Positions 48,801-56,829 of a DNA stretch of 64,000 bases are shown here, in pieces. Numbering within the stretch: the first letter of the stretch is position 1; each line of letters begins with the position of its first letter. The position numbers and the translations under genes were made by a program. The notes under the pieces are model-generated. The model was not told the origin of the DNA and searched no databases. It worked only from the letters and a program-made list of their open reading frames with translations. Source of the stretch: Botryllus schlosseri (taxonomy: Eukaryota); the NCBI GenBank assembly GCA_051294905.1, contig CM119386.1, forward strand, positions 10,478,001 through 10,542,000, given 5' to 3'.

Positions 48801-51800
48801 CCTGGATTCGGGACCGATGTTTATTCGTTACATCTCTGCGATTGCTGAAATGAAATCTTTCTCACTGTCTCGTTCTAATCTGCGTTGTCATAACTAAAGT
48901 ATTATATTACAGCGTATGCATCCTGCGCTTTCCCGTCGGCAGAACGTGTCGATTGCGGATACGCGGGAATCAACGAATACGAATGTTTGGAGCGGTTGTG
49001 CTGCTGGGATACGACAGACACGGCGTCCACCACTTGTTACTATTCGCGAGGTACCTTGTCCACAGCGTATCTGGTGAACCGAAAGGTTATAACGGATACT
49101 TTTGCGTAGACGACGCGCAGTGCTTGGAGAAAGGCGGCCAGTGTAAGGACTACATGCACAATACCTGCGAGCTGGGATTCGAACAGGGGCTGTGCAGCGG
49201 CGGCACTGCTAATCAGTGCTGTTTCGCTTGCGATGAAAACGACGACACGTGTAAGTGTTTTGATTGCCGATCCGCATGTGTGTTGAAGTTTGAGTGTGAT
49301 TGCGATTGGTTAAAATGATGATGAACTGATAACCGGTTTAATATAATGGGAAGCTGGTCACTAATCTCTATGTGCGCAGTAATAGCAATTATGCAATTAT
49401 GAACCTCAACCTCCATCTATCAAGGCTTTAGCAACGTATATGGGTCTTTTGGAACGATTTCTATCTATATTCAATTGAAGTAGTCATACATGAAACTCTA
49501 CGTCTCGCGAAACACAGATTACAATCTATAAACACTACTGGTCACTCTTTTAGTTTTCCTGGAAGGAGAAATTATCATCCTTTTGATTCCTATGCACCCG
49601 ACACATCGATCTTCAATCTTCATATTGATGGCCAGACACCAACTTTACGTTATAGTAGGTTGCGCTGTGAAATAACGCTTCGACTGATGTGACACTTTAT
49701 TTGCCGGATTCGCATTCCTCAAATTTTTTCTTTTTCATTAAAGAATTTCCTAAATGAGCCGTCGATAGCATCAAATTAATTGGCATTCTAGTAGGGCTGG
49801 GCAAAATCGAGTACCCTAGTGATTTGATTCTGAATCACGTATTATGCTTCGAGTTGAGTATTCGAATATCATTTATTATGATGTCATAACATATTGTAAT
49901 ATGTCAGATTTCAAATATGTACCCGGTATGCTGCCACAAAGAATATAATGCCTGTTATAGATCGCATTGAAGATACTTTGGTATTTGTTCGACCACACCG
50001 ATTTCATTGCACTTTGTGACAATGTTGTGGGATGAACATGACTTCGCAAATTTGTCATTTCCGTAACGTTCGTAGCTTTGTACTGTATGTTTCGTATGCT
50101 GCGATATAGCCAATCAAGGTTTATAGGCTTCCACAAACGAAATAGTGTTGAAACTATAATTCTCGTTGATAAATTAACTCGAATCATTGTGCCCGGCCTA
50201 CATTCTAGTAATAGTCATTGGTATTTTTATTTTCATATCCGCTACCCATAGAGAATAGGCAAACGACAGCTAGGTTGGGAACCCCAGACTTGAACCACCT
50301 CTAGATACTAGTGCCCAATAACTATCTATCAATTTTCAGTATCGACGAAATACTGAATTGTATGTTTTGTACTTGCTAAGCTTCGACACCGTAGCCTAGT
50401 ACAACATGAATGGTAGCATGAAGCTTTCTACCTGTAGGTAACGAACAAGTCGACGGTTGGGAAGATGGTGACGATGCATGCGAAAAGGACCCGAGCATAT
50501 CAGGAAAGTGCCAGTATAATTCAAACTACTGCAGCGGGACGTATCTGAGTGGAAAGTGCGGAGGACCGGCCCAACGCCAATGCTGCGCGAGTACGACATT
50601 GAACCGTGATAACCCGCTGTGGTACTATATGCGTTGTTTTCAGGCGACTACGTACCGCCCACCGATCCGCCCAGGACCACTGTGACCCCGTCCACTGACA
50701 AGACCGTGACGGTCACCCCGCAAACGACAACGACAAAAAGAACGACGGATTTTGCGCGCACTGAAGAAATCCCGGCGGCCGCCGGTATGTAACTCGCTTG
50801 GTTCATAAATACATTAGTAATGTTCAGCTCAGTTCATCATCATCATCATTGGTTTATCAGCAATTTTTATCAGTTCAATACACCACAAAAATGCGATACA
50901 ATGAAAAGATAGGAAGGTGTCGAAGCGACTTGAAGTAGTCTATGGAATCAGACACCCACCTTGGCCTAGGCGATGTAAAGAGGAGGCATGCATACTGAAT
51001 GGAAAGTAAAGAAGATAGTGTAGAAAAAGAAAGCGACAAAAAATGGGGCGGCATGTCATGGAAAGCGAGATCGATAGGCCAGTCGTGGTCCTGTAATCTT
51101 GAGGATGGACTAGTATTTATTTAGTAGTAATTGCTTGTATTTCGACTTGAATGTGGACATGCTCGTCGGATGGCTGGTGGTATACTGTTCCACACATCGG
51201 GTCCGGCATATTTGATAGAGCGATGATCTTTTTGGACGACGTGGACGCGCGTGTGTTGCACTTGTGCGCTTTTGATTCCGAGGTAAAGAAGTCATTGAAA
51301 TATTCGGGGCAACGACCGCAGTGGAGCTGTCAAAGGTGGTCTGCAACGAAGGACTTCTACTTTTAGGGAGTACTAGTATAGGTTTTGCTTACTTACACTG
51401 CTAACTTGAGTTGTTATAATCAGGGTTGTAATGACTCGACTGGACTCCGGTCATTTTTTCAAATGCGTAAAATGACTCGACTTTTTGTATTGACTCGACT
51501 TGTACTCGAGTCATTGTGCATGCCTCGAACCAATTCGTATGACTCGAGACTAGGACGGCCAAGACAGACATTTCATTGTAACTTCGAAGAATAGTAAGTC
51601 ACCAAATTATTGGTATTTCGTCTGTCAGTCCTGATACTTGGAAAATAGGGCCAGAAACTGTTGAGACTGAAGGAAATTTCAATACTAGGAATGCGAGCCA
51701 TTTTTTCAATTTTTTTTTCAAAAAAATGATTTTTTTTTCATATGTTACTCCTTGCTGGGCTAGAAAAAATCCTGTCCGGTGCATTAGATCTATTTTAATC

Positions 51801-54800
51801 CCTAAAAGGCATTAAGGAACAAATTTATTGGAAATTTTCGATGTGAGAATTTTCCCTAGAAATTAGTCTGAAAAATCACAAAATTCGACAAAAATCAAAT
51901 AAAAGTCGACCTTATAAGGCCAAATTTTTGTCAAAATCACAATGTCCACTAAAACACAGTCAACACAACAGTGAACCCAATGACTTGGACTCGGACTTGA
52001 GTCAAGTCACAACACTATGATTCAGACTTGACCCTCTACGAGCTGACTTGGACTCGGACTTGACTCGGTGGTGAATTGAAAATGACTCGAGTTAAAACTA
52101 TAAAAGTAAGATTGACTTGTGACTCGGTTACAACCCTGGTTATAGTTTTAGATTATTTCTACATATACTTGCTAGGGTTCAGTTTTTTAGACAAAAGTAG
52201 GCCTGGAATACTATGTACTCTACTTCTACTTGCACTTACGTAAGAATTTACAGTTACTCGAGTTAGTTCAGTGCTTATGATTTTAAACTAGTTACGCATC
52301 ACAGATTTCGTGGCGAGATAGCGTTGTGGTATAACCACAGCTGCAACACTAATGGGTTGCGGCAGGGTTGTAATGACTCGAGTCATGACTCGACTCGAGT
52401 CAGACTCGAGTCACGATTTTTTTATGACTCGACTTGACTCGAGTCATTTTCTTGAAATGGGAAAATGACTCGACTCGACTCGAGTCAATATTTGGATTGA
52501 CTCGACTTGTACTCGAGTCATTACGCATGACTCGACCCAAGTCATTGACTCGGCTTATTTTATATGACTTGAAGATGAAGAAATTTGCGAATCATAATGG
52601 CTAGATCAACGCATCCGACGAATTCTGCCGACATCGCTATTTGTCACCACTGCTTTCGTTGCACTTGTCTGATATATCAGATATGCCGCGGTAAAAACAA
52701 CAGAAAATGATACATAGTAGCAATGCATTGTACAAAATCGTCCATTGATGAAGAGGTGATAGATCCTCCGCAATAAAAGTACTCAAGACTTTTCAATTAT
52801 ACAAGCATACAATTGAATCAAAGTTCAATTAGAGCCAATGAAGTGACTCAGATGGTGAAGAGACTGATAAGCTCATGTGTAGATTTGAAGGCGATGATTC
52901 TTTGCATTTTTGGGCGACTAGAAAGAATGAGTATTCAATGCTCTTCAGTGTGGTTCAAAAATGCTTGTCAATTCCTGCATCTAGCGCACTAGTGGAACGT
53001 GTATTCAGTAGATGTGGATTCATTCTACGGCCATGCCGCTTTAACATATTTGAGGATCTCCTTTCCACATTAGTATTTTTGAGGTGTAACTCATTGATTT
53101 GATCTACTGTCTGTGAAAACACACAATGCCCTTCGTCCATTTGACGTTTTGTTAGGTATGTGCATTGTGCACGTGAGTAATAATGAATGGCTAATGTTGT
53201 GTGATGTTTGTACAATATGGCTGTTCTAAAATAACTTCTTTTTTATTTTACTGGGTGGTTACATGATAAAATTGTTATGTTGCATAAAAGGAACACTGAA
53301 TCTGGCTTAATTTGAAAAAAGTGGAATCAATGATCGGAGAGGAGAATATTCTGGATTTGAAAATAAATGGAGTATTTTAGTGAGAAATTTTTTCATATAA
53401 TATAATTACATAGTAGTAAGCCGACTATTTTTTCATATCCAAAACATTCTACTCTAATAACTTCACTTTTTCTAGTTGGAATTGAGTCAAATTTGCTATG
53501 AATCATATTTTTACACAATGTAACAATATCATGAGATAGCCGGTAAAATTCGAAAATCTCTATTTGTAATTAGTCTAAAATTTTCTTTCATAGCATTGCT
53601 TTCTACTGGTTGGAATTGAGCCAAATTTGATTTTTAGGCAATCTAGCAATTTTAAGAAGTAGCCAGAAAATTTGAAAAAATGTTTTTGAACAGCCCCATT
53701 GTACAATTATTTCTTCAATGCTGTAACTGCGATGTAGTCGGTAATGCAATTGGGAAAACCTTTAGTATAATCAAAAGGTATCTGTTCTGTTGTCACTGCA
53801 CAATGCACATAGTTGCATGCACGCTTTTACAGCATGCTGGCCTGTTGTAAATACCTCTACATAAACATTAGGGCTGTTCAAAAATAACTTTTTTTCCTGA
53901 ATCTTGTGGGTTACGTGATTAAATCGTTAGGTTGCCTTAAAAAACGACGCACACCAAATTTGAATTCATTCCAACCAATATTCGCGGATTTCGTAGAGTT
54001 TGAAAATTTCGAATTTGCCTATGAATGCAAAAAAAAAAAATTTTCAAATTTTTCTTCCAACCCCATAAAATTGTTGTGCTGTCTTTAATAACCATGCAAA
54101 GCAAATTTGACTTAATTCCAAGCCGTAGAAGCGGAGTTATTTGAGTTTTTCGATGACAATTCTAGGATTATCCCCCAATCAAGGATAATCCAAGATTTAT
54201 CATCGAAAAACTCAAATAACTCCGCTTCTACGGCTTGGAATTGAGTCAAATTTGTTTTGCATCGTTATTGAAGACAGCGCAACAATTTTATGGGGTTGGA
54301 AGAAAAATTTGAAAAAAATTTTTTTTTGCATTCATAGGCAAATTCGAAATTTTCAAACTCTACGAAATCCGCGAATATTGGTTGGAATGAATTCAAATTT
54401 GGTGTTCGTCGATTTTTAAGGCAACCTAACGATTTAATCATGTAACACGCAAGATTCAGGAAAAAAAGTTATTTTTGAACAGCCCTAATAAACATGCATC
54501 TATTGATTCTCTATCAACTAGTATCTTGAGGTGAATTTGTTGGTTCTCTATCAGATAGTATGTAGACGTGAATTCGTTGGTTCTCTATCAGCTATTCGTG
54601 AGCTATCGTCGATGTGTTCATAATAAAAACTGAATGCTTGTATTGGTGATGTATCAGACTGACAAGAGAGATATTTGATTTTAAGTTCTAAGATTAGTAA
54701 AGTTATCTTTAGCATCGGTAAATGAGGCCAGGACCTGTCCGTTATCTGCCTAAATAAACACGTGCCAAGACTCTGATAGGGACAAAATGAGCATGTTTCG

Positions 54801-56536
54801 CAAACAGGGAATTCGATATCACCCAAGCAGGATTGAAAACATGAGTTGAACATGACTTCAATACTGTGACTTGGACTCGACTCGAGTCATAACACCATGA
54901 CTCGGACTTGACCCTTTAAACGGTGACTTGGACTCGGACTCGAGTCTGTGATGAATTGAAAATGACTCGACTCGACTCGAGTCAAAACCACAAAAGTATG
55001 ATTGACTCGTGACTCGGAACCATGTGACTTGGTTACAACCCTGGGTTGCGGGTTATAGTCCGGCCTAGGTCGACTCCATAATACTTATCTAAGTGTTGGA
55101 GGTTTATCTAGGCTCCTCCTCGCCACGTGATATTCATGAGCGGTGTCTTATAAAATACCTAGAAGCGTACCGTGCTACAAGTCGGTAAATATGGAATAAA
55201 AAATAAAGTATATCGGCCTGGTGTAAAATTAACCAATGTAGTCGAAACACCTTGAATATCTAAATAAACAAACACTTGGGTTTTTGTTTACGTATCAAAT
55301 AAGTAAAATATCAGGATATGTAGTGCCCGAGTAGTGGCATTAGTGGTGATTCGTTCAAATATTTACTTCGCCTCAAATTCGAAGTTGCAAATCCGTTTCG
55401 TCGTAGCTCGAGTAAATCACTCCACATTTCAATGGCGCCTATTTTGATAAGAGCACAGACACATTTAAGCGATTCAAATCGATTACTAATTTCGATCTTT
55501 CGTCATTGTGGTCAGCCGTCGCGCGCGACATTGTTTTCTGCGGTAGTCTCTTGAAGTGAATCGATTGATACATCCGCCTCATCAAGAGTGTGTAATCGTA
55601 CAATGTAAATTGCAATCTCGCCACACACGCTGAAAAGCTCTTTGCTGATAGCCGCGCGCATGAGTAATGTTATCGTTGGTGGAATACCTTTTTTTTACTC
55701 AACTACTGTGTTATATTATTATTGCTTCAGCAGAAACGTCAAAGCGATTCGCGAACCAAAGGCGTGTCATCTTAACCAGCCACGCATCAGCACTCCCGCG
55801 CACAGTCCGACCATAAGTGCGTTTACAGTGTCGGCTGGTTTACGCAATCCAAGATCACTTGAAATCACTCATTCATGGTGGCATATAGGCTTAATTGTTG
55901 AGCACGAAAGTATTTCGGCCGCATGTTCCGTCACGTTGCAGAGTGGAAGAAGTATAGAAGATTTTCGGCTTTTACAAATTATATTTGCAATAGAATTACA
56001 GATACGTTTTTTACAAATCAGATTACAATTAGAATTATTGAATTCGCAAAAACTTGGAATTGTAATTAAATTCCCAATTAGAAAAATGCAAAATAAATCA
56101 AGTTCAGTACATGTAAAATCTTAGCAGATTTCATTCACGTAAGCACGATAATGACAAATCTCTAGTATTTGAATTGTCTGGTATAGTCACACTGACCCGT
56201 CTTCTCATTGTGCAGGCGGCGGTCTGAGCGGCGGCGCTATCGCCGGTATCGTGATCACTGTCCTGTTTCTGGTGGCCGGCGGCGGCCTTGCGTTCTACTA
56301 CCACCGCACCGGGTCCTTCCCCACGCCCACCAACTTATCAAGCAGTTTGCCGTTTTCGAAGAGAGAAGCCTACAGCCAACCGGCGGGAGGCTTCGACAAT
56401 CCGATAACCTACGTTAACGTGAGATTGAAATTAGACCTGTATACTTGCGCATTTTTGACGGTTGCGAATCTTTGTCTTTTGACAGAACCCCGAAGAAGAG
56501 GGCGGCGTGGAGTTTGGGGCGTCGTCGGACGCGTAA
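2603..56536 (+). CDS. MRC1-like: Macrophage mannose receptor (MRC1/CD206 family)-like multi-CTLD mosaic type I membrane receptor; 58 coding exons, 5'-partial
   Basis: Manual exon chain with AG/GT sites and matching phases at every junction and no in-frame stops, ending at TAA 56534-56536. Repeated CTLD motifs (CPxGW..CY, WIGL, WxDG, EPN/QPD, WND, YIC). CTLD5-12 and their linkers are collinear with human MRC1 CTLD1-8 as I recall that sequence (e.g. [21 protein letters not shown] vs WICQIQKG-QTPKPEPTPAPQ). Confidence 0.93.
3785..8254 (+). CDS. CTLD2; exons 3785-3902, 6844-6972, 7799-7881, 8148-8254
   Basis: [15 protein letters not shown]...AEKTC...IWIGLSDV...WSNG...NWASNEPT...SC...[16 protein letters not shown]. 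Confidence 0.9.
4961..5337. mobile_element. hAT-type MITE
   Basis: TIR TAGGGCAAGTTTT / AAAACTTGCCCTA with an exact 8-bp TSD GTCATCAC. Confidence 0.9.
5375..6767 (+). mobile_element. Internally deleted Chapaev3-like (CMC) DNA transposon with a decayed transposase remnant
   Basis: TIR CACTGGT.AACA / TGTTCACCAGTG with longer imperfect subterminal inverted repeats and a TAA TSD. Remnant peptides [24 protein letters not shown] and [17 protein letters not shown] (about 5700-6260) contain stops and frameshifts. Family assignment is from recalled motifs and the TWA TSD rule. Confidence 0.75.
7030..7445 (-). mobile_element. 3' tail of a non-LTR retroelement ending in AATAAA-(CT)n; second copy at 47375-47535
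   Basis: About 150 bp shared between 7030-7177 and 47375-47535, with a microsatellite tail on the minus strand. Confidence 0.7.
8545..8720 (+). mobile_element. Decayed SINE with a Meta-like central domain
   Basis: AAGACTGTAAAACCGGT..GGCTA.CC..CTAGGC..CT.GCA.T..GGGATAGCATGGAG is homologous to the core of the SINE at 14226. Confidence 0.6.
8868..11069 (+). CDS. CTLD3 (no canonical Ca/sugar motif); exons 8868-9003, 9188-9270, 10011-10133, 10971-11069
   Basis: [13 protein letters not shown]...LWLGISD...WTDQS...[29 protein letters not shown]. Confidence 0.88.
11770..12285 (-). mobile_element. 5'-truncated Penelope-like element fragment (GIY-YIG C-terminus plus 3' UTR/pLTR)
   Basis: [50 protein letters not shown] is homologous to the element at 39645, with a shared 3' UTR motif. 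Confidence 0.9.
12303..12631. mobile_element. hAT-type MITE
   Basis: TIR TAGGGTTACC / GGTAACCCTA with an exact 8-bp TSD AAATATGC. Confidence 0.9.
13074..13479 (+). CDS. CTLD4 N-terminal constitutive exons 13074-13274 and 13397-13479
   Basis: WKCDG...[38 protein letters not shown]...[22 protein letters not shown]; ends in phase 0. Confidence 0.92.
13727..13871 (+). CDS. CTLD4 C-terminal exon, variant A (EPN/WND, mannose-type)
   Basis: 145 nt, phase 0 to 1: [48 protein letters not shown]. Weak AAG acceptor and GTGCCT donor. Confidence 0.85.
14226..14450 (+). mobile_element. tRNA-derived SINE (MetaSINE-like core) with a (TC)n tail, located between the alternative exons
   Basis: A-box-like TAGTGTAATGG and B-box GGTTCGATCCC, followed by GGTCAGACCAAAGACT..AAAACTGGT..GCTA.CCTGCTAGGCGCTCAGCA resembling the Meta domain as I recall it. 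Confidence 0.75.
14925..15078 (+). CDS. CTLD4 C-terminal exon, variant B (QPD/WND, galactose-type)
   Basis: 154 nt, phase 0 to 1: [58 protein letters not shown] acceptor and GTACTG donor. Confidence 0.88.
15568..17992 (+). CDS. Pro-rich linker plus CTLD5 (EPN/WND); exons 15568-15606, 16797-16887, 16953-17041, 17104-17256, 17872-17992
   Basis: [12 protein letters not shown]; [16 protein letters not shown]...TWQEARLDC...GGDLASVN...LWIGAED...WRWSDGSPF...[14 protein letters not shown]...WNDLKC...GYICEK. Confidence 0.92.
18320..21006 (+). CDS. Discoidin (F5/8 type C) domain 1; exons 18320-18487, 19635-19761, 19821-19946, 20864-21006
   Basis: [22 protein letters not shown]...GW...QWIQVDL...VRGVITQG...[16 protein letters not shown]...ALRFEVVGC. 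Confidence 0.9.
18650..19000 (-). mobile_element. Heavily decayed CR1/L2-type RT remnant
   Basis: [18 protein letters not shown] and ININNRSLI resemble the post-YADD region of CR1/L2 ORF2. Confidence 0.4.
19973..20815. mobile_element. Older copy of the TAGGGCTGGGCA MITE family carrying a nested insertion
   Basis: Left end TAGGGCTGAGCACGATGATTCGAG matches 59710; the right end is degenerate and no clean TSD was seen. Confidence 0.6.
21080..22861 (+). CDS. Discoidin (F5/8 type C) domain 2; exons 21080-21207, 21732-21811, 21871-21993, 22717-22861
   Basis: CADSL...YAASSS...CWKP...QWIQLDLG...IAGILTQG...YVTEY...FSDNG...FPAN...TRFVRISP...[10 protein letters not shown]. Confidence 0.92.
22074..22315 (+). 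repeat. Dispersed repeat family B with a (TGA)n tail; inverted copy at 50827-51069
   Basis: About 240 bp with high identity to the reverse complement of 50827-51069; ends AATAAACCAATGATGAAATGATGATGATG. Confidence 0.9.
23477..23819 (+). CDS. LCCL domain; exons 23477-23638, 23697-23819
   Basis: VDCPAGC...[21 protein letters not shown]...GGTV...[11 protein letters not shown], matching the LCCL consensus (CPxxC, VYGTxxY, SSIC.AAVH.G, GV.S). Confidence 0.92.
24966..26690 (+). CDS. CTLD6 (EPN/WND); exons 24966-25151, 25551-25701, 5' part of 26633-26818
   Basis: GCPNGW..WLDWCY...GGDLASI...AWIGMSD...[22 protein letters not shown]...GRWNDQPC...LVCKM. Confidence 0.92.
26035..26560 (-). mobile_element. 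L2/CR1 LINE 3' fragment
   Basis: [31 protein letters not shown] then [25 protein letters not shown]: ORF2 C-terminus with a frameshift. Confidence 0.85.
26633..33440 (+). CDS. CTLD7 with an internal FN2 insertion; exons 26633-26818, 29324-29532, 29602-29691, 30260-30410, start of 33424-33541
   Basis: [14 protein letters not shown]...GGHLAAIN...FWIGL...[20 protein letters not shown]-[FN2]-...VGCFRMD..TGLWS...AC...ICEK. The 3' junction is ambiguous (see findings). Confidence 0.85.
27735..28822. mobile_element. hAT-Charlie-type non-autonomous element with a nested MITE at 27897-28198
   Basis: TIR CAGGGGTGGGCAAACT / AGTTTGCCCACCCCTG, exact TSD ATTTAGAG, GCGGCCCGC subterminal repeats. The nested CAGTGGT../..ACCACTG element has a 6/8 TSD (TTCTAAGA/TTCTGAGG). 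Confidence 0.9.
29602..30309 (+). CDS. Fibronectin type II domain (split over exon 29602-29691 and the 5' part of 30260-30410)
   Basis: [20 protein letters not shown]...[17 protein letters not shown]: four Cys with the FN2 spacing and the C-x-FPF-x-Y-x-G-x-x-Y-x-x-C and PWC hallmarks. Confidence 0.88.
31377..32841. mobile_element. Older copy of the CAGGGCCGTAAC hAT family, nested in 30539-33161
   Basis: Both ends are homologous to 58106-59415; 7/8 TSD GCTAGAAT/GCAAGAAT. Confidence 0.8.
31992..32280 (+). mobile_element. tRNA-derived SINE (Cys-like head) with an (AAAC)n tail
   Basis: A box TAGCGCAGTGG, B box GGTTCGAGTCC, GCA at the anticodon position, then about 200 bp of non-tRNA body; second copy split at 52310-55275. 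Confidence 0.88.
33424..34642 (+). CDS. CTLD8 (EPN/WND; equivalent of MRC1 CTLD4); exons 33424-33541, 33714-33841, 33903-34002, 34513-34642
   Basis: DCPYGW...SYCYQ...SWADADIYC...FWIGL...[26 protein letters not shown]...[15 protein letters not shown]. Confidence 0.92.
35133..36977 (+). CDS. Linker plus CTLD9 (EPN/WND); exons 35133-35177, 35235-35416, 36091-36259, 36862-36977
   Basis: ECGTDSQW...KYCY...GGDLLSIHS...FWIGL...EWVDG...[12 protein letters not shown]...[17 protein letters not shown]. Confidence 0.92.
37506..44373 (+). CDS. CTLD10 (EPN/WND); exons 37506-37647, 43941-44086, 44265-44373
   Basis: [10 protein letters not shown]...TWRDSESYC...GGFLASV...AWIGLS...WSDN...[26 protein letters not shown]. 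Confidence 0.9.
39457..42060 (-). mobile_element. Penelope-like retroelement, 5'-truncated, with an inverted copy of its 3' part (tail-out inverted pLTR)
   Basis: 39457-40055 and 41446-42034 are near-identical inverted repeats flanking the RT region. Confidence 0.95.
39645..41440 (-). pseudogene. Penelope RT + GIY-YIG endonuclease ORF, 5'-truncated, with one frameshift near 41122
   Basis: [14 protein letters not shown] / [45 protein letters not shown] and the GIY-YIG-like VYDF..C..RYVGRT..L.ERI.QH. Confidence 0.95.
44434..46466 (+). CDS. CTLD11 (non-canonical QPQ/WSL); exons 44434-44571, 45398-45513, 46271-46466
   Basis: [14 protein letters not shown]...SWSDARDKC...ELASV...SWIGL...MWIDG...NWATNQPQ...GCGEM...HC...FVCK. 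Confidence 0.9.
46544..48182 (+). CDS. CTLD12 (EPN/WND); exons 46544-46630, 47801-47950, 48012-48182
   Basis: [14 protein letters not shown]...SWGDAESTC...VWLGL...WAWSD...[28 protein letters not shown]...GYICKK. Confidence 0.92.
48913..49050 (+). CDS. Trefoil (P-type) domain exon
   Basis: [30 protein letters not shown]...TCYY, matching C-x6-RxDCG(Y/F)xGI..xxC...CCWD...CY; symmetric phase 1-1 exon. Confidence 0.93.
49110..50590 (+). CDS. Two beta-defensin-like six-cysteine repeats; exons 49110-49250, 50438-50590
   Basis: [34 protein letters not shown] and [36 protein letters not shown] (C..G.C..C...G.C.G....CC); both are phase 1-1 exons. The fold assignment is inferred from Cys spacing only. 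Confidence 0.7.
49792..50200. mobile_element. hAT-type MITE (TAGGGCTGGGCA family), reverse orientation relative to 59710
   Basis: Ends TAGGGCTGGGCA / TGCCCGGCCTA with an exact TSD CATTCTAG. Confidence 0.88.
50644..50784 (+). CDS. Thr/Pro-rich mucin-like stalk exon
   Basis: [34 protein letters not shown]...; phase 1-1. Confidence 0.85.
51110..51370 (-). mobile_element. L2/CR1 LINE 3' fragment
   Basis: [16 protein letters not shown] and [15 protein letters not shown]-stop in adjacent frames. Confidence 0.75.
51421..52138. mobile_element. GACTCGAGTC-rich hAT non-autonomous element
   Basis: TIR CAGGGTTGTAA / TTACAACCCTG with a 7/8 TSD GTTATAAT/GTTATAGT. Confidence 0.88.
52363..55043 (+). mobile_element. 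hAT deletion derivative retaining the transposase dimerization domain (about 52875-53095)
   Basis: TIR CAGGGTTGTAA / TTACAACCCTG, exact TSD GGTTGCGG; peptide [46 protein letters not shown] matches the hAT C-terminal dimerization motif. Confidence 0.93.
53869..54487. mobile_element. 619-bp foldback (almost fully palindromic) hAT-type MITE nested in 52363-55043
   Basis: About 290-bp near-perfect inverted arms starting TAGGGCTGTTCAAAAATAAC; exact TSD ATAAACAT. Confidence 0.95.
56216..56536 (+). CDS. Transmembrane helix and cytoplasmic tail; exons 56216-56418, 56486-56536
   Basis: [28 protein letters not shown] (TM), then ...[10 protein letters not shown]|[16 protein letters not shown]-stop. 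Confidence 0.92.
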
Positions 56537-56823
56537 TTTTTCTATGCAATTCTTCGACAATCGCGCACTTTGAATTTAGTGTATAGTTTACAACAGGGAT
56601 TTCTAGAACTTCTAGAAATTCCTGGTTTACATGCGTGCAATTTACAAAAATACATTCTCGGATTTGTTTTGCTTGTCTTGATGCCGATTTCTGCATCCTA
56701 CTGGGTCGGAATCGGTTATATTATGTGGCAGCTAGGAAATCGAGGTGTGATTTAGCAGGGTTGCATGACTCGAGTAGCGATTTTATGTTTTGTGTATTGT
56801 GTACATCTACATGTTAATTGTAT

Positions 56824-56829
56824 AATAAA
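56824..56829 (+). terminator. Candidate polyadenylation signal (AATAAA)
   Basis: First AATAAA I found after the stop codon, about 290 nt downstream. Confidence 0.5.

Larger units (their letters stand above)
52310..55275 (+). mobile_element. tRNA-SINE copy (52310-52362 plus 55052-55275) split by a hAT insertion
   Basis: The two halves rejoin into the 31992 SINE sequence across the GGTTGCGG duplication in the T-arm/B-box region. Confidence 0.9.

Noticed and set aside
52363-52560. GACTCGAGTC, GTAATCGTAATC and TACTTCTACTT arrays resembling CRISPR or satellite arrays
   Set aside because: There is no regular repeat-spacer structure and no cas genes; they are subterminal repeats of TIR elements with 8-bp TSDs in a eukaryotic intron.
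56600-56620. TTCTAGAACTTCTAGAA as a heat-shock element
   Set aside because: The GAA-TTC spacing is 1 nt rather than 2 and it lies in the 3' UTR; better explained as a hairpin.
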